This document shows positions 40,842 to 56,591 of a DNA stretch of 64,000 bases, in pieces. The position numbers and the translations under genes were made by a program. The stretch covers positions 22,506,001 to 22,570,000 of the forward strand of contig OZ024758.1 of the NCBI GenBank assembly GCA_964016885.1. The letters run 5' to 3'. Under the pieces are notes generated by a model. The model had not been told where the DNA came from. It saw nothing but the letters and a program-made list of their open reading frames with translations, and searched no databases. The DNA comes from Eledone cirrhosa (taxonomy: Eukaryota). Numbering within the stretch: the first letter of the stretch is position 1; each line of letters begins with the position of its first letter.

Positions 40842-41989
40842 CAGAGGTTCTCAAAGTTTTTGGGCCACCACCCACCCACCTCACGGCCACGTAATACCCT
40901 CATCGCCCCTAACCCTATTTCCAGAGAGACCTGCCTACACAAATTGTAAATAATATCTAAAAATTTAAATCGTTAATTTATATATAATAATATATTTCAT
41001 CATCATCGACACCATTTTACGTCCGCTTTTCCCTGCTTGCAAGGGTGGGACGGGTCCTGTTCAGCACAGCATCTCTTCATTCATCGCGGTCCTTTGTCAT
41101 CTCCTCTCTGAGTTTCAACGATCTGAGGTCTGCTCTCGCCACTTCCGCCCATGATTTTCGTGGTCTTCCTCTACTGCGTCTTCCGTCCACTGGGATTTCT
41201 TGGCACTTCTTTACCTAGCGGCCATCCTCCATGCGCATCACATGTCTATACCAACGCAGTCTTCTTTCCCGCACACTACAGTTTATCCCTCTTATAAACA
41301 GTTTCTCTCTCAACTCGTCTATGTATAATATATATTATGTATGAATAAATGAATATATATATTTTTTATTTTACTATATATATATTATGTGAAGGCGCGT
41401 GGCTGAGTGGTAAGAGAATTGGATTCTCAATCGTGAGGTTGAGAGTGCAATTCCTGGACCTTGCTATGCGTTATGTCCTTGAGCAAGACACTTTATTTCA
41501 CGTTGCTCCTTCTACCTGGAGTTGCGACCAATAGATAGTATTAGCAATTGGAAAGACTAACGGAAACATTGTTTCCTCGGTCTGGTTTGACGAAAAGTCG
41601 ATCGACTGTCGATATTATATATCATTTGATATTTAATATACTATAATTGTTTCTACTTTTGGCACAAGACCAGCAATTATCCCAGTGCATTACTGGTACT
41701 TTATTTTATCGACCATGTAAGGATGAAAGGCAAAGTTAACTTCGGTGGGATTTGAACTCAGACCGTAAAAGGACGTAACTCTATTCTACAAAGCATTGCG
41801 TCCGACCCTCTACTGATACTACCAATCCACCCTACTATAATATCATCGCTACTGTCCCTTTACCCCCACCCCAACCCTCTTGGCCCTCACCGCCCCTTGG
41901 CCTTCACTCCTGCCCCTTAGGCATCAGCGTCCCTCTGGACTTTCTCAAAGCTTCCCTGCGGGCGGTAGCACCCAATTTGAGACCCTCTG
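40842..41989. mobile_element. non-autonomous hAT element with nested RTE and SINE insertions
   Basis: TIRs cagaggttctcaaa / tttgagaccctctg (13/14 match); 8-bp TSD ctctaata / ccctaata (1 mismatch). Confidence 0.8.
40998..41320 (-). mobile_element. RTE-clade LINE 3' end
   Basis: Minus translation RERRLRWYRHVMRMEDGR..KK....VDGRRSRGRPRKSW followed by a (gat)n-like tail. Confidence 0.85.
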
Positions 41990-42644
41990 CCCTAATACAC
42001 CAGGAGAGCTGTTAAAACAGAACTGAAACAGTCTGGAGATAGTTAAGATATTTTATTTGATAAAAGATGTTTATGTTGACATTAAAGAAGAATGTTCTAA
42101 TCTAAGGAAATATTCTAATGAATCATTGTATTGACTTTAAAAACATTAATACAATTCATGATTAAACTATACGTACATACGTATTCAATTAAACTTGTGG
42201 GCCCACACAACAACATGTGTGTATATATATATGTGTGTCTGACTATGTCACTTACTTATTCTCGGGATTGCCGAGAATAAGTAAGTGACATAGACACTAC
42301 TTTAAAATTCATAGCGAATGGTCTTCAAAATGTTTTTAATTAAACATACGGTATGCTATCAAATAGACATACATTCATATTTACATTTATATATACATTC
42401 ATATATATACATACATTCATATATACATACATTCATATATACGAGGTAAAGTTAACCTCGACGGGATTCGAACTCAGAACGCAAAGGCCCATAACTCTGC
42501 CATAACTGCAAAGCAGGGTGTCTGACGCTCTACCGATTCTGCCAATCCACAGCTCTTTACTACAAGTATTAATACGGCTGCGGCTGTATTAATATTATTT
42601 TACAATGTCCCCAAGGAATCTGAAAACAGAATTACATGTCTATC

Positions 42645-43140
42645 TATCCTAGGTTGTATGGTGGACGCGTCTGAAAGGACTGAAGTCAGACACCTTTCTC
42701 TCTGGCCAACAACTGGTCCGTTTCTTCCGATATCATTTCGGAAGAAGGATCAGGATGGAGAGAGAGAGGTGCTGCACCCCAGCCGTTTTTATGAAAGATG
42801 GGTGAAAGTGGCGAGAATGGCCCGTGTGAATGGGCCTTCACTCTACACTCTACATCAGACTATAGGTGAGGAAAATGAAAGATCAAGGGAGCCCCCCCCC
42901 TCTCTGTGCTCCTGAGGAGAAGGGTTGCACACTTTTTTTCGGGGGGGGGGGGGCGACCCCCCACCCCCCAAGGCGCCTCCACCCTATTGAGGATTTTGTT
43001 ATTAAATTTATTTTTGTTATATTTTATTTTATTTTTATATCTTGTTATTGCCTCCTCCTTATTGAGGACGCCATTTTATGTAAACCCCCCCCCCATTGTA
43101 CTTGTCCAACTTTTTGATGCCCTGGTGGCAAATAAAAAGA
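42645..43140 (+). mobile_element. Tx1/L1-like LINE 3' end
   Basis: Frame VWWTRLKGL...FFRYHFGRRIRMEREVL...FYERW, followed by a C/T-rich 3'UTR and aataaaaaga. Confidence 0.5.
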
Positions 43141-44183
43141 AAGTTATCTATCCTACCTATGCCTGCGTTCCTATGTTTTCTGTTTTCATTTGGTGAAGAC
43201 AGAGGAAGGGTGTTTTCTATTCTATTCTTGATAATCTTACACTATTCTATGTTTTTATTAACATTCCACCTCCTTTACGCCATCTTGATCTATCGATCTA
43301 TCTATCTATCTATCTGCTTGCTTTTTATCTGCGCCAGATAGCTGTATGTGTGTATGTATACGTATATGTAAATGCGTATGTATATGCATATATATATATG
43401 TGTGTGTGTGTGTGTATACATGTGTGTTTGTGTGTGTGTATGTATGTGTATATATATATCATCCTGTGACATAATTTCAAAACTGTTCAAGTCAAAGATG
43501 TCAGCCATCTCTTACGAACCGGTTGTTATAGAAAAGAAAATATAGATTCTCTCATAAAAAAGCCATTTATTCCAATACATGTAAAAGATACGTTTAGAAA
43601 ATTTCAAGACGGTTAAGATTTCCCCTTAAAATAATAGAACAGTTAGCTTTGGTTATTTTCTTTATAGAGAAGTATAACACAACTTGTAGATTTTCCTTCT
43701 TGTCACTTTAACTGCCAGGAACGAAAACAAAATCCTATATTCTAGTATTCTAGTGTCAAATTGACAGAAGAACCTTTAGCGCGCACACACACATGTATGT
43801 ATGTATGTATGTATGTATGTATGTATGTATGTATGTATGTATGTATGTATGTATGTATGTATGTACGTACGGATGGATGTAGGTATGTTCTTCTGGTTTT
43901 ATAATTTCACAAAGTTTTCCCAATAGAGAGAGAGTCGGTTTCTAACATTGACACAAGACTCTCTCATTGGAATTTACACAACGTCAACTAGGTATGTATG
44001 TATGTATGCATGCATGTGTAGATATGGATGTTATTGTATGTGTGGATGTGGATGTTTTGAGTTCTACGTGTGCATGTGTATATGCAGTTATTAGATGCAA
44101 AATTTTCGGAATGTCTTACATATTTTTACTGTTCCATTAATGGATTGTACTTGTAATTTCCTATGTATGTATGTATGTATGTA

Positions 44184-44278
<95 letters not shown>

Positions 44279-44283
44279 ATATG

Positions 44284-44314
<31 letters not shown>

Positions 44315-44321
44315 GTATATA

Positions 44322-44432
<111 letters not shown>

Positions 44433-44715
44433 GTATGTATATGTATATATATATGTATATATATATGTATATGTATATATATATGCATATATATATATGT
44501 ATGTATATATATATATATATATGTATATGTATATATATATGTATATGTATATATATATGTATATAAATATGTATATATATATATATGTATATATATATAT
44601 GTATATATATGTATGTATATATATATATGTATATATATATATGTATATATATATATGTATATATATATATATGTATGTATATATATATATGTATATATAT
44701 ATGTATATATATATG

Positions 44716-44771
<56 letters not shown>

Positions 44772-44926
44772 CATATATATACATACATACATAGGAAATT
44801 ACAAGTACAATCCATTAATGGAACAGTAAAAATATGTAAGACATTCCGAAAATTTTGCATCTAATAACTGCATATATGTATATATATATATATATGTATG
44901 TATATATATATATATATATATGTATG

Positions 44927-44985
<59 letters not shown>

Positions 44986-45016
44986 ATATATATATATATG
45001 TATATATATATGTATG

Positions 45017-45049
<33 letters not shown>

Positions 45050-45088
45050 GTATGTATATATATATATATATATGTATGTATATATATG

Positions 45089-45119
<31 letters not shown>

Positions 45120-45120
45120 G

Positions 45121-45191
<71 letters not shown>

Positions 45192-45376
45192 GTATATATA
45201 TGTATATGTATATATATGTATATATATATATGTGTATATATGTATATATATATATATATGTATATATATATGTATATATATGTATATATATATATGTATA
45301 TATATGTATATATATATATGTATATATATGTATATATATATATGTATATATATGTATATATATATGTATATATATA

Positions 45377-45407
<31 letters not shown>

Positions 45408-45472
45408 GTATATATATATGTATATATATGTATATATATATATATATGGATATATATATGTATATATATATG

Positions 45473-45503
<31 letters not shown>

Positions 45504-45662
45504 GTATATATATATGTATGTATATATATATGTATATATATATATATATGTATGTATATATATATGTATATATATGTATATGTATATATATATGTATATA
45601 TATGTATATGTATATATATATATATGTATATATATATATGTATATATATATGTATATATATG

Positions 45663-45701
<39 letters not shown>

Positions 45702-45814
45702 GTATATATAAATATATATATGTATATATAAATATATATATGTATATATATATATGTATATATATATATGTATATATATGTATATATAAATATATATATG
45801 TATATATATATATG

Positions 45815-45863
<49 letters not shown>

Positions 45864-46458
45864 GTATATATATATAAATATATATATGTATATATGTATA
45901 TATATATATATATGTATATATATAGATATATGTATATATATAGATATATGTATATATATAGATATATGTATATATATATATGTATATATATATATGTATA
46001 TATATATGTATATATATATGTATATATATATGTATATATATATATGTATATATATGTATATATATGTATATATATATGTATATATATATGTATATATATA
46101 TGTATATATATGTATATATATATATGTATATATATATATGTATATATATATGTATATATATATGTATATATATATGTATATATATATGTATATATATATG
46201 TATATATATATGTATATATATATATAAAAAGAAATTCAAACACTCATATATGAAAAAAACAACCTGTGACAACCCCCCCCCTCTCTCTCTCTTATTTGAA
46301 GAACTATTGTAACGCGAAATTTATTATAATTATTGACAAACCAATCAAATTACTTCTCGAAAAACCTGGCATTTCGAGCCACTTTTTCCATATAAAACAA
46401 GTAACATTCAGAGACCAACCAGATGTGAGAAAAACCACAGACCCTCCATCTCAACTCA

Positions 46459-46496
46459 CCTTTTGAAAAGCAGAAGAACTGCGAAACCGGTAAAGG
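46459..46496 (+). ncRNA. hammerhead motif with U3-A8 core variant
   Basis: cctt-TTGAAAA-gcag(aagaa)ctgc-GAAA-ccgg-TA-aagg. Further copies at 9056-9093 (-) and about 9195-9232 (+). Confidence 0.7.
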
Positions 46497-46684
46497 AACC
46501 AAATAAATATATATATTTAAAAAAAAAATAAGACTTCAGTTGCATTTTCGATTTCATCTCTTTTTCTTTATACTTTCACTCGTGTAGGACACCTCGGTTA
46601 TTTTTCATTTTGTAAAAAAAAAACCTCACTTTCTAATATATATATATATATATGTATATGTATATATATATGTATATGTATATA

Positions 46685-46760
<76 letters not shown>

Positions 46761-46946
46761 ATTATCATCATCATCATTTTACGTCCGCTTTTCCCTGCTT
46801 GCATATATATATATATATATACATATATATAGATATGATTTTTAATGCGATGAAATACCAATGATGGTTGGAAAATCACTGACGAAGGACTATTTTTATC
46901 ATATGTAACCTATGTGCAACCACGCAGTATTCTTTTTTCTTCTCAT

Positions 46947-47009
<63 letters not shown>

Positions 47010-47042
47010 TCTATAAATTTGTCGAACTAGATATCCATTCTC

Positions 47043-47105
<63 letters not shown>

Positions 47106-47383
47106 ATATACACAATTGGATTCCAAATAGGCATCGAGTGGTGCCCTGAGTTAAAACAAAGTTCTCAATATGTTAGTAGAGTATAAGCATTTTTATTTTA
47201 TTTTATGTTCACATATAATTAAGAATGATCTTCCCAAGGAGATGAGAAACGAACCATAGTTAAATGAGGTACTCAATACCTTAATAGAGAAGAACCATAT
47301 TCTATATAGCGATTAATTCTACGGGACTAGAACTATTTCATTCGTTTTAAATCATCAGAAATATCCAGAGGTTTGATAAAGTT

Positions 47384-47431
<48 letters not shown>

Positions 47432-47625
47432 AAGTATGATCTCTGACGGCAGAGCTCAAGCTGTTTCGACGGGTATTTCTGTACTTTAGTCCAGAAATAG
47501 CCGTCGAAACGGCTTCAGCTCTGCCGTCGGGGTCATACTTTCTCCTATTACCCACTCTACTACCATAAGTATTGAGTACTCTGGTGCGTTATGGTCCATC
47601 TGGTTCCTTACCACACCTCCTCCGT

Positions 47626-47656
<31 letters not shown>

Positions 47657-47745
47657 ATATATATATATTATTCCATTTACCAAAGGTTCCACGAAGACAG
47701 GTGAGCTCAACAGAGACGTCTGAAATCGTTCATCAGAAAGGAAAA

Positions 47746-47790
<45 letters not shown>

Positions 47791-47799
47791 CGAAGTAAA

Positions 47800-47978
47800 T
47801 GTGGTAAGGAACAAGATGGACCATAACACACCAAAGTACTCAATACTTAGGGTAGTAGAGTGGGTAATTGGAACGAGTAGGACCCCGACGTCTGAGCTCA
47901 ATCCGTTTTGACGGCTAATTCTGGACCAGAATTAGCCGTCGAAACGGCTTGAGCTCAGCCGTCGGGGTCCTACTCGTT

Positions 47979-47982
<4 letters not shown>
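47800..47982. mobile_element. short hairpin-containing repeat family inserted in (TA)n (about 9 copies)
   Basis: Unique part gtggtaaggaac..ggaccataac..cc..agtactcaatacttagggtagtagagtgggtaat followed by a hairpin with arms of about 55 bp. Copies near 9915-10105, 11115-11312, 17220-17390, 21150-21560, 47430-47620, 48648-48749, 61740-61900 and 62965-63146. Confidence 0.8.
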
Positions 47983-48036
<54 letters not shown>

Positions 48037-48505
48037 AATACATCTAAAAGTGCTGGTTCAGGAACAGACTGGCCAGTATTAAGATAGAAGATTCAAAGCG
48101 TTTTAGTGTTAAGAACATATACAATATTTATTTAACGTATTTTGCGACACACTACAGATAGCATTTCAATTTAGAGATCTTATCTGAATCATGATTAAGA
48201 ATGAATATAGAGAAATATCTATATAAATTTAAGGCGGAGAATATCTGAGCTAAGGTTTATGAACTTAGTGTGATTCTATAGCTCTAGAATTTCAAATACT
48301 GTCGTTAAATTTGGTGAGTTGATATAATGGGTGTTTTTTGCAAATGGATGAGAGAAAAATGAGAAGGAAATAAATAGATATAGAGAGGAGAGACAGAGTT
48401 TAGTCTTTTCCCTCTCTTTCTTATTTTATCTACTCTCATATTTTCTGTTTATATAAATAAAGAAAATTAGACATTGCTCATTTAATCTCTCTTTATATCT
48501 GTCTG

Positions 48506-48650
<145 letters not shown>

Positions 48651-48745
48651 AAAAGTATGACCCCGACGGCAGAGCTGAAGCCGTTTCGACGGCTATTTCT
48701 GGACCCAGAAACGGCTTGAGCTCTGCCGTCGGGGTTATACTTTTT

Positions 48746-48887
<142 letters not shown>

Positions 48888-48891
48888 TGTG

Positions 48892-48931
<40 letters not shown>

Positions 48932-48993
48932 TGTGTATATATATATATATATATGTGTGTGTGTATATATATATATGTGTATATGTATATATA

Positions 48994-49153
<160 letters not shown>

Positions 49154-49262
49154 AAATTTCAGGTTATCAATAATGTAGTGATAATATATCGTTACGTTAG
49201 AGATGAACAGCGTACGTGCAGGTTTGCTCAACGAGTATAAATTATATTCCGGAGAAATGTAG

Positions 49263-50403
49263 AAAGGATGAATATAAAATGAAAGTGCTTTTGTTAAAAA
49301 AGGAATTTATTAGGTATTGACATATGTTTCTGTAACAGACCGAATACCTATGTATCGCTGCTTGCGTAATCATATAATGTTAGCAAGTATTCGATAGCAA
49401 ATGTATAATCAGTTGTCACTTCTTCAGAGATTTTGGATAAACTGGATAAAATCAGAAAAATTGAAGTATTTATATTAGTAAAAGAGGAAGGAACAGAGGG
49501 GATAGAATATGACAGATGGTAAAATAATTTACTGCTAAACAAGTATATAATGGGTTTTTAATGAGAATACCATGAGTAAATCTAAATAAGAATTTTGGGG
49601 GTGCCGATTTTAATCTCTACTTGACCAACTGGACAGTGGACAGGGCTGGTCATTTGGTGCAGTAGTATTAATCATAAAGTGTCAATTGGGGAAGGGGGAG
49701 ATTTCGATTGCTACTAAATAACATCAATGCTAGTGGTCAGCTGGTATTTCCACTAGGGAATTGAATCAAAAAATCAGAAATCTCATTTTATCTATAGCAG
49801 TTTGTATTAAAAGGTAAATAATAGAAGAGTTGATAGAATTAAGACTAATAAAGAATGTTCATATCTATTTTGACAATCAAACGGGGATAGAGACAGGCGT
49901 TCAATCCTGGTAGTATTTATAATATGAAAATGTAGATTTTTAAGCGATGGTTACAGTATAACGATCGCTCTATTCTGTTATTTAATAAAATGTTTTTGGA
50001 TTTCATAATACAAAATAATTCTACATTACATAATCTACAAAATTCCTGTCCATTGGAATATGGGGGGGGCAGTCGCTATTATATCCCATTTTAGGTGAAA
50101 TTGTTGGTTATTTTCACGCAGCTGCCAAGCCTTGTCTGCGAGTGTTGTTACATAACGCTGGTTTTCATGTTTTATCGAATAACGATGTCTATAAAGGCGT
50201 GATTTAAAGGAGGTGGCTGTAGATCCCACATAGTACCACTTCTGTCTATCCGATTCGATAGTACATTTGTATACGATGTTGCTAACATTATATGATTACG
50301 CAAGCAGCGATACATAGGTATTCGGTCTGTTACAGAAACATATGTCAATACCTAATAAATTCCTTTTTTAACAAAAGCACTTTCATTTTATATTCATCCT
50401 TTC
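49263..50403 (-). mobile_element. Penelope-like GIY-YIG endonuclease remnant with inverted duplication
   Basis: Minus frame at about 50035-50290 reads NIVYKC...YYVGSTATSFKSRLYRHRYS...LKWDII. 49263-49385 is an inverted copy of about 50280-50403. Embedded in (TA)n. Confidence 0.75.
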
Positions 50404-50558
<155 letters not shown>

Positions 50559-50754
50559 GTGTGTATATATATGTGTATATATATATATATATATATGTCT
50601 GTATATATATATATATATGTGTGTATATATATATATATATGTGTGTATATATATATATATATATGTGTGTATATATATATATGTGTTATATATATATATA
50701 TATATGTGTATATATATATATATATGTGTATATATATATATGTGTGTATATATA

Positions 50755-50799
<45 letters not shown>

Positions 50800-50919
50800 A
50801 TATATATATATATATATGTCTATATATATATATATATATGTCTATATATATATATATATGTGTATATATATATATATGTGTATATATATATATATATATA
50901 TGATGTATATATATATATA

Positions 50920-50962
<43 letters not shown>

Positions 50963-50969
50963 ATATATA

Positions 50970-51026
<57 letters not shown>

Positions 51027-51085
51027 GTGTATATATATATATATATGTGTATATATATATATATATGTGTATATATATATATATG

Positions 51086-51149
<64 letters not shown>

Positions 51150-51301
51150 CACATATATATATATACATATATATATGTGTATATATATATATGTGTATAT
51201 ATATATATATGTATATATATGTATATATATATGTGTATATATATATGTATATATATATATATATATGTGTATATATATATATGTGTATATATATATATAT
51301 G

Positions 51302-51333
<32 letters not shown>

Positions 51334-51533
51334 TGTGTATATATATATATGTGTATATATATATGTATGTATGTATGTATATATGCATATATGTATATAT
51401 GCATATATATATATATGCATATATATATTGCAAATATATATATATGCATATATTATATATATGCATATATATATATATATATATATTGCATATATATTAT
51501 ATATATATATTGCATATATATATATATATATAT

Positions 51534-51587
<54 letters not shown>

Positions 51588-52543
51588 TATAGATATGCAT
51601 ATATATGCATATAGATATGCATATATATATATATATATATATGCATATATATGTATATTGCATATATAATATATAATATTGCATATATATATATATATGC
51701 ATATATATATATAATGTGTATATATATATATATATATATATGCATATATTATATATGCATATTTGACGTTATAGTCACTTATATATTATGAAACACTGTT
51801 GGCACCTTGCTCACATTAATTTCTATATTTCATTTATATTTATACAGGGAATTGTTCCTAGAGTACTTAAAATTATTTGTGACTAATCCCGGCCTTTTTT
51901 TTTTCTTTTTTTTACACCGCGCTAATATTGCTATTTTGCTGAACATTTTGTGGAGTTTTTTCGGAATGATTTTGACTGCGGTTCCATGTAAATAGACATT
52001 CGTCTCATTCTGACGTCACCAGCCATGTCTCTCCACGTGTGTTTATTTTCATAATTTCCGCACGAGATGAACTAACCTGCTTTTAAATTCCCTTTTTGGC
52101 ATTTTTTGGCAGTGACCCTAGGGTTATCGTGTTTGAGCTCTACTGATGAACGACTCCAACCGTGACCATACCCACTGAAAAGTTTCGTGAAATAGTCTTT
52201 CTAAGACTATATAAAGCATTTGTAGTTTTTCCGAATTGAAGGATGAGTATTTAAACTTTATTTTATTCTGAGTTAAGACTCTATTGGTTTTTTCCCCTGG
52301 ATTTCACAAAATCTGTGGATAAAATCTCTGACTTGATTTCTTTTGAATTGAATATGAATTATTTTCCCGCATCTTACGTTAATTTTTTTTTTCCATTTTG
52401 ACGTTATAGTCACTTATATATTATGAAATACTGTTGGCTTCTTGCTCACATTAATTTATATATTTTCATTTATATATATATGCATATATATATATATATA
52501 TATGCATATATATATATATATATATACATATACAGATATATAC

Positions 52544-52578
<35 letters not shown>

Positions 52579-53323
52579 TATATACATATATATATATATA
52601 TACAGATATATACAGATATATATATATATACATATATATATATACAGATATATACAGATATATATATATATATATACATATATATACAGATATATACAAA
52701 TATATATATATATATATTTGTCAGCTTACTTCCTTTACTTTTATCTCGCATCATATTTAAACGACACCCTTCCTATTAATTTCCCATATGTAATAATTTT
52801 ATTTGAAATTCTTTAACTCTTTACAGACCAACTTCCTAACCCGTAATTTACATATAAACTAATTTATGTAAATAATCCTATTTACATTAAGCAATCCATT
52901 TTGTCAAATAGAATGCTTAATGAGATTCCCAGACTGGAACACGCCCGCTGAACGCTGCAAAATATCTTTTATATATATATAATCATATTATATTTTATAT
53001 ATATATATAAATAAATATATATATATTATATTATATTATATTATATTATACACACACACACATATATATATATAATATATAAAATATATTTATATTATAT
53101 ATAATATATATTTATCTTTATATATGTCTATCTTTATATAATATATATATATATATATTTATTAAAATAACAGATTAATTTATTATTATTACTATATATA
53201 TATAATATTATATAATATATATATCTTTATATATATGTCTTTTTATATTTATCTATCTATCTATCTACCTTTGTATTTGTCCCCTTCGTTTGTGCCCCTG
53301 TGGCTAATAAAGAAACATATCTA

Positions 53324-53356
<33 letters not shown>

Positions 53357-54849
53357 GTGTGTGAAGGACTAGCGTCCGAAACGTTAAGACCCTCTTCCTG
53401 CTATATCAAGCGTTAACCTAATATATCCCTTCCATATACTGTACGGATTGTGTTGTTATTTCTGTTTATATTATATTATATTATATTATATTATATTATA
53501 TTTATATATATGTTTATACATATAATGTGTGTGTGTATGTGTGTGTGTGTGAGTGTACTGTTGAAACGGCAGGAGCTCAGCCATCTGGGTCCCTAATTTT
53601 CCATATATATATATATATAAGGAACCAAATATATATATATATAAGGAACCAAATAAATATATATATTTTAAAAAAAATAAGACTCCAGTTGCATTTTCGA
53701 TTTCATCTCTTTTTCTTTATACTTTCACTCGTGTAGGACACCGGTTATTTTTCATTTTGTAAAAAAAAACTCACTTTCTAATATATATATATATATTTAT
53801 ATATATATGGTCATTGTGAAGAAACATTATTAAACAGAATACATATATAACTTATATATATAAATCTAAGATTGATCTAAGACAAGACAAACTGTAAGTC
53901 TATTGGTATTATATGAAACTTGCTTTAAATCCAGATCAGTCTTCGTCAAAGAAGAGACTACCATTAAATATAACGTCTTTTCCTTTTCTGTCATAATCAA
54001 AAAACAATTTTTATATATTTTAAAAGCCAGAGTTAAACTTTCCAGAACCGTTTTCTCATATATTATTGGATTGGCAGCATTGGTAGGGGGTCGGACGCCA
54101 TGCTTTGACGCATAGAGTTACGGCCCTTGCCATTCTGAGTTCAAATCCCACCGAGGTTAACTTTGCCGTTCATACTTACGGGGTCGATAAAATAAAGTAC
54201 CAGTAATAACCTGGGATAATTGCTGGCCTTGCGCCAAAAGTAGAAACAATTATATGAAACTTGCTTTAAATCCAGAACAGTCTTCGTCAAAGAAGAGACT
54301 ACCATTAAATATAATGACGCTTCCTTTTCTGCCATATGCAAAAAAACAATTCTTATATATTTTAAAAGCCGGAGTTAAACTTTCCAGAACGGTTTTCTCA
54401 TATATTATTTTAACTCTAATTCATCAGTATCATATTACGCCTACAGTTTTAGACTGATTATACTTACTTCAATTGTCATTTTTCATTCTTTTTCAAGATG
54501 TTTAATCTTTCGCGAGCCCAATAAATGTTTCGGAAACTAAGGAAATGATTTATTTGCTTTTCATATATTGTGAGTCTTCTTTTTCAAATTTTCTTCGCTT
54601 GTGTTTATTTTACAATACTTCCTTCAATCAAAATAATTGTTTTAAAATTTGACTTATGTCTCATCTTTACAACCTCTCACATACCGTTTGAATAACATCC
54701 ATTATAAGCATATCTATTGTTGTTTATCACAGTTTTTTAAGAGCACATCCGGTTTATTCGTTATATTTACATGGAATATACATATATACGACCCCCCCCC
54801 ACTATATATACCGACTCGGCCAATCCCCCACTCTTATACTGGATATAAA

Positions 54850-55696
54850 TAGTGGTTTCTTATATAGGCACAAGGCCAGCAATTTTGGGCGAAGGGAAGT
54901 CGATTAAATCGACCCCAGTGCATGACTGGTACTTTATTTTATCGACCCCCTAAACGATGACATACAAAGCTAACTTCGGTAGAATCTGAACTCAGAACGT
55001 AAAGGTCAGTAACTCTATGCCGCAAATCATGTTGTCCGACACTCTACCGACTCTGCCTACCCCCCGCCCTTATACTGGATATAAATAATGGTTTCTTATA
55101 TAGGCACAAGGCCAGCAATTTCGAGAACGAGGAAAGTCGATTAAATCGACTCCAGTGTATTACTGGTACTTTATTTTATCGACCCCGTAAGGATGACATA
55201 CAAAGTTAACTTCGGAGCGATTTGAGCTCAGGTCATAAAGGGCCGTAACTCTATGCTGCAAAGCATGGCGTCCGACGCCCTACCGATACTGCCAATCCAC
55301 CGCCCTTATACTGGATATAAATAATTGTTTCTACTTTAGGCACAAGGCCAGCAATTACCCAGTGCATTACTGGTACTTTATTTTATCGACCCCGTAAGGA
55401 TGAAAGGCAAAGTCAACCTCGGCGAGATTTGAACTCAGAATAGCAAGGGACGTATGTAACTATGCGTCAAAGCATGGCGTCCGACCCTCTACCGCCCAAA
55501 TAATAATAATTGTTTCTACTTTTGGCACAAGGCCAGCAATTATACCAGCGTATTACTGGTACTTTATTTTATCGACCCCGTAAGGATGAAAGGCAAAGTC
55601 AACCTCGGCGGGATTTGAACTCAGATCGTAAAGGGACGTAACTATGCTGGAAAGCATGGCGTCCGACCCTCTACCGATACTGCCAATCCACCGCCC
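54850..55696 (-). mobile_element. stack of four SINE copies sharing one target sequence
   Basis: SINE bodies separated or flanked by (ctta)tactggatataaata at about 54832, 55070, 55305 and 55697. Confidence 0.85.
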
Positions 55697-56318
55697 TACT
55701 GGATATAAATAATAGATAACTAATGCATCCATAGTCACATTTTTTTTTCCTTCAATCTTATTTATTTCTTCTCGAATTTTCTGTGTTGACTGGTGACATG
55801 CTTTAATTCGTTTGAAATCGTCGAAGACAGTTTCAAAACTGTTATATTTCCTCTCTATACATAATTCAGCGCCAACCTTTATGCTGTCCTTAATTCTAGG
55901 AATTCATCGCTTCATGTACATCACATTTTTCTGAAAATCAAATTACCTCCATGATATTCTTCGCTCTCCTCTTCCACTTCTTCATACATCCCTCGTATTT
56001 CTATATTTTTTCTAATTTTATATTCTTAATGACAGCGTTTCAGTTCTGTGTGTGTGTTTTTTTCTCTCTGTCGCTCTCTCTCTCTCTCTGCTTTATATAG
56101 TCCCTCATCGCTTGTTCTTACACATAAAACACGCATGCCCATTTGTTCCCAGACGTAAGACACGCAATCTCATTTGTCAAACATCTCTCGACGGCACTGG
56201 TACTGTTAGTTTGTTGTTGCTGTTGTTTATAAAGAAGATGAAAATAATGACGATGTTACTGTTGCAACAAAACAGAGAAACAGAATGCTTGTTCTCGTTG
56301 TCTCGTGAATCACCCGTT

Positions 56319-56434
<116 letters not shown>

Positions 56435-56541
56435 TGTGTGTGCGCGTGTGTATGTAGGTATATATATATATACACACACATATATATGTATCTATGTATG
56501 TATGTATGTATGTATGTATGTATGTATCTATATATCTATGA

Positions 56542-56591
<50 letters not shown>

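Noticed and set aside
54462-54700. Minus-strand exon ending at a gtaagt donor
   Set aside because: Stop codons occur within a few codons of the donor in all three phases.
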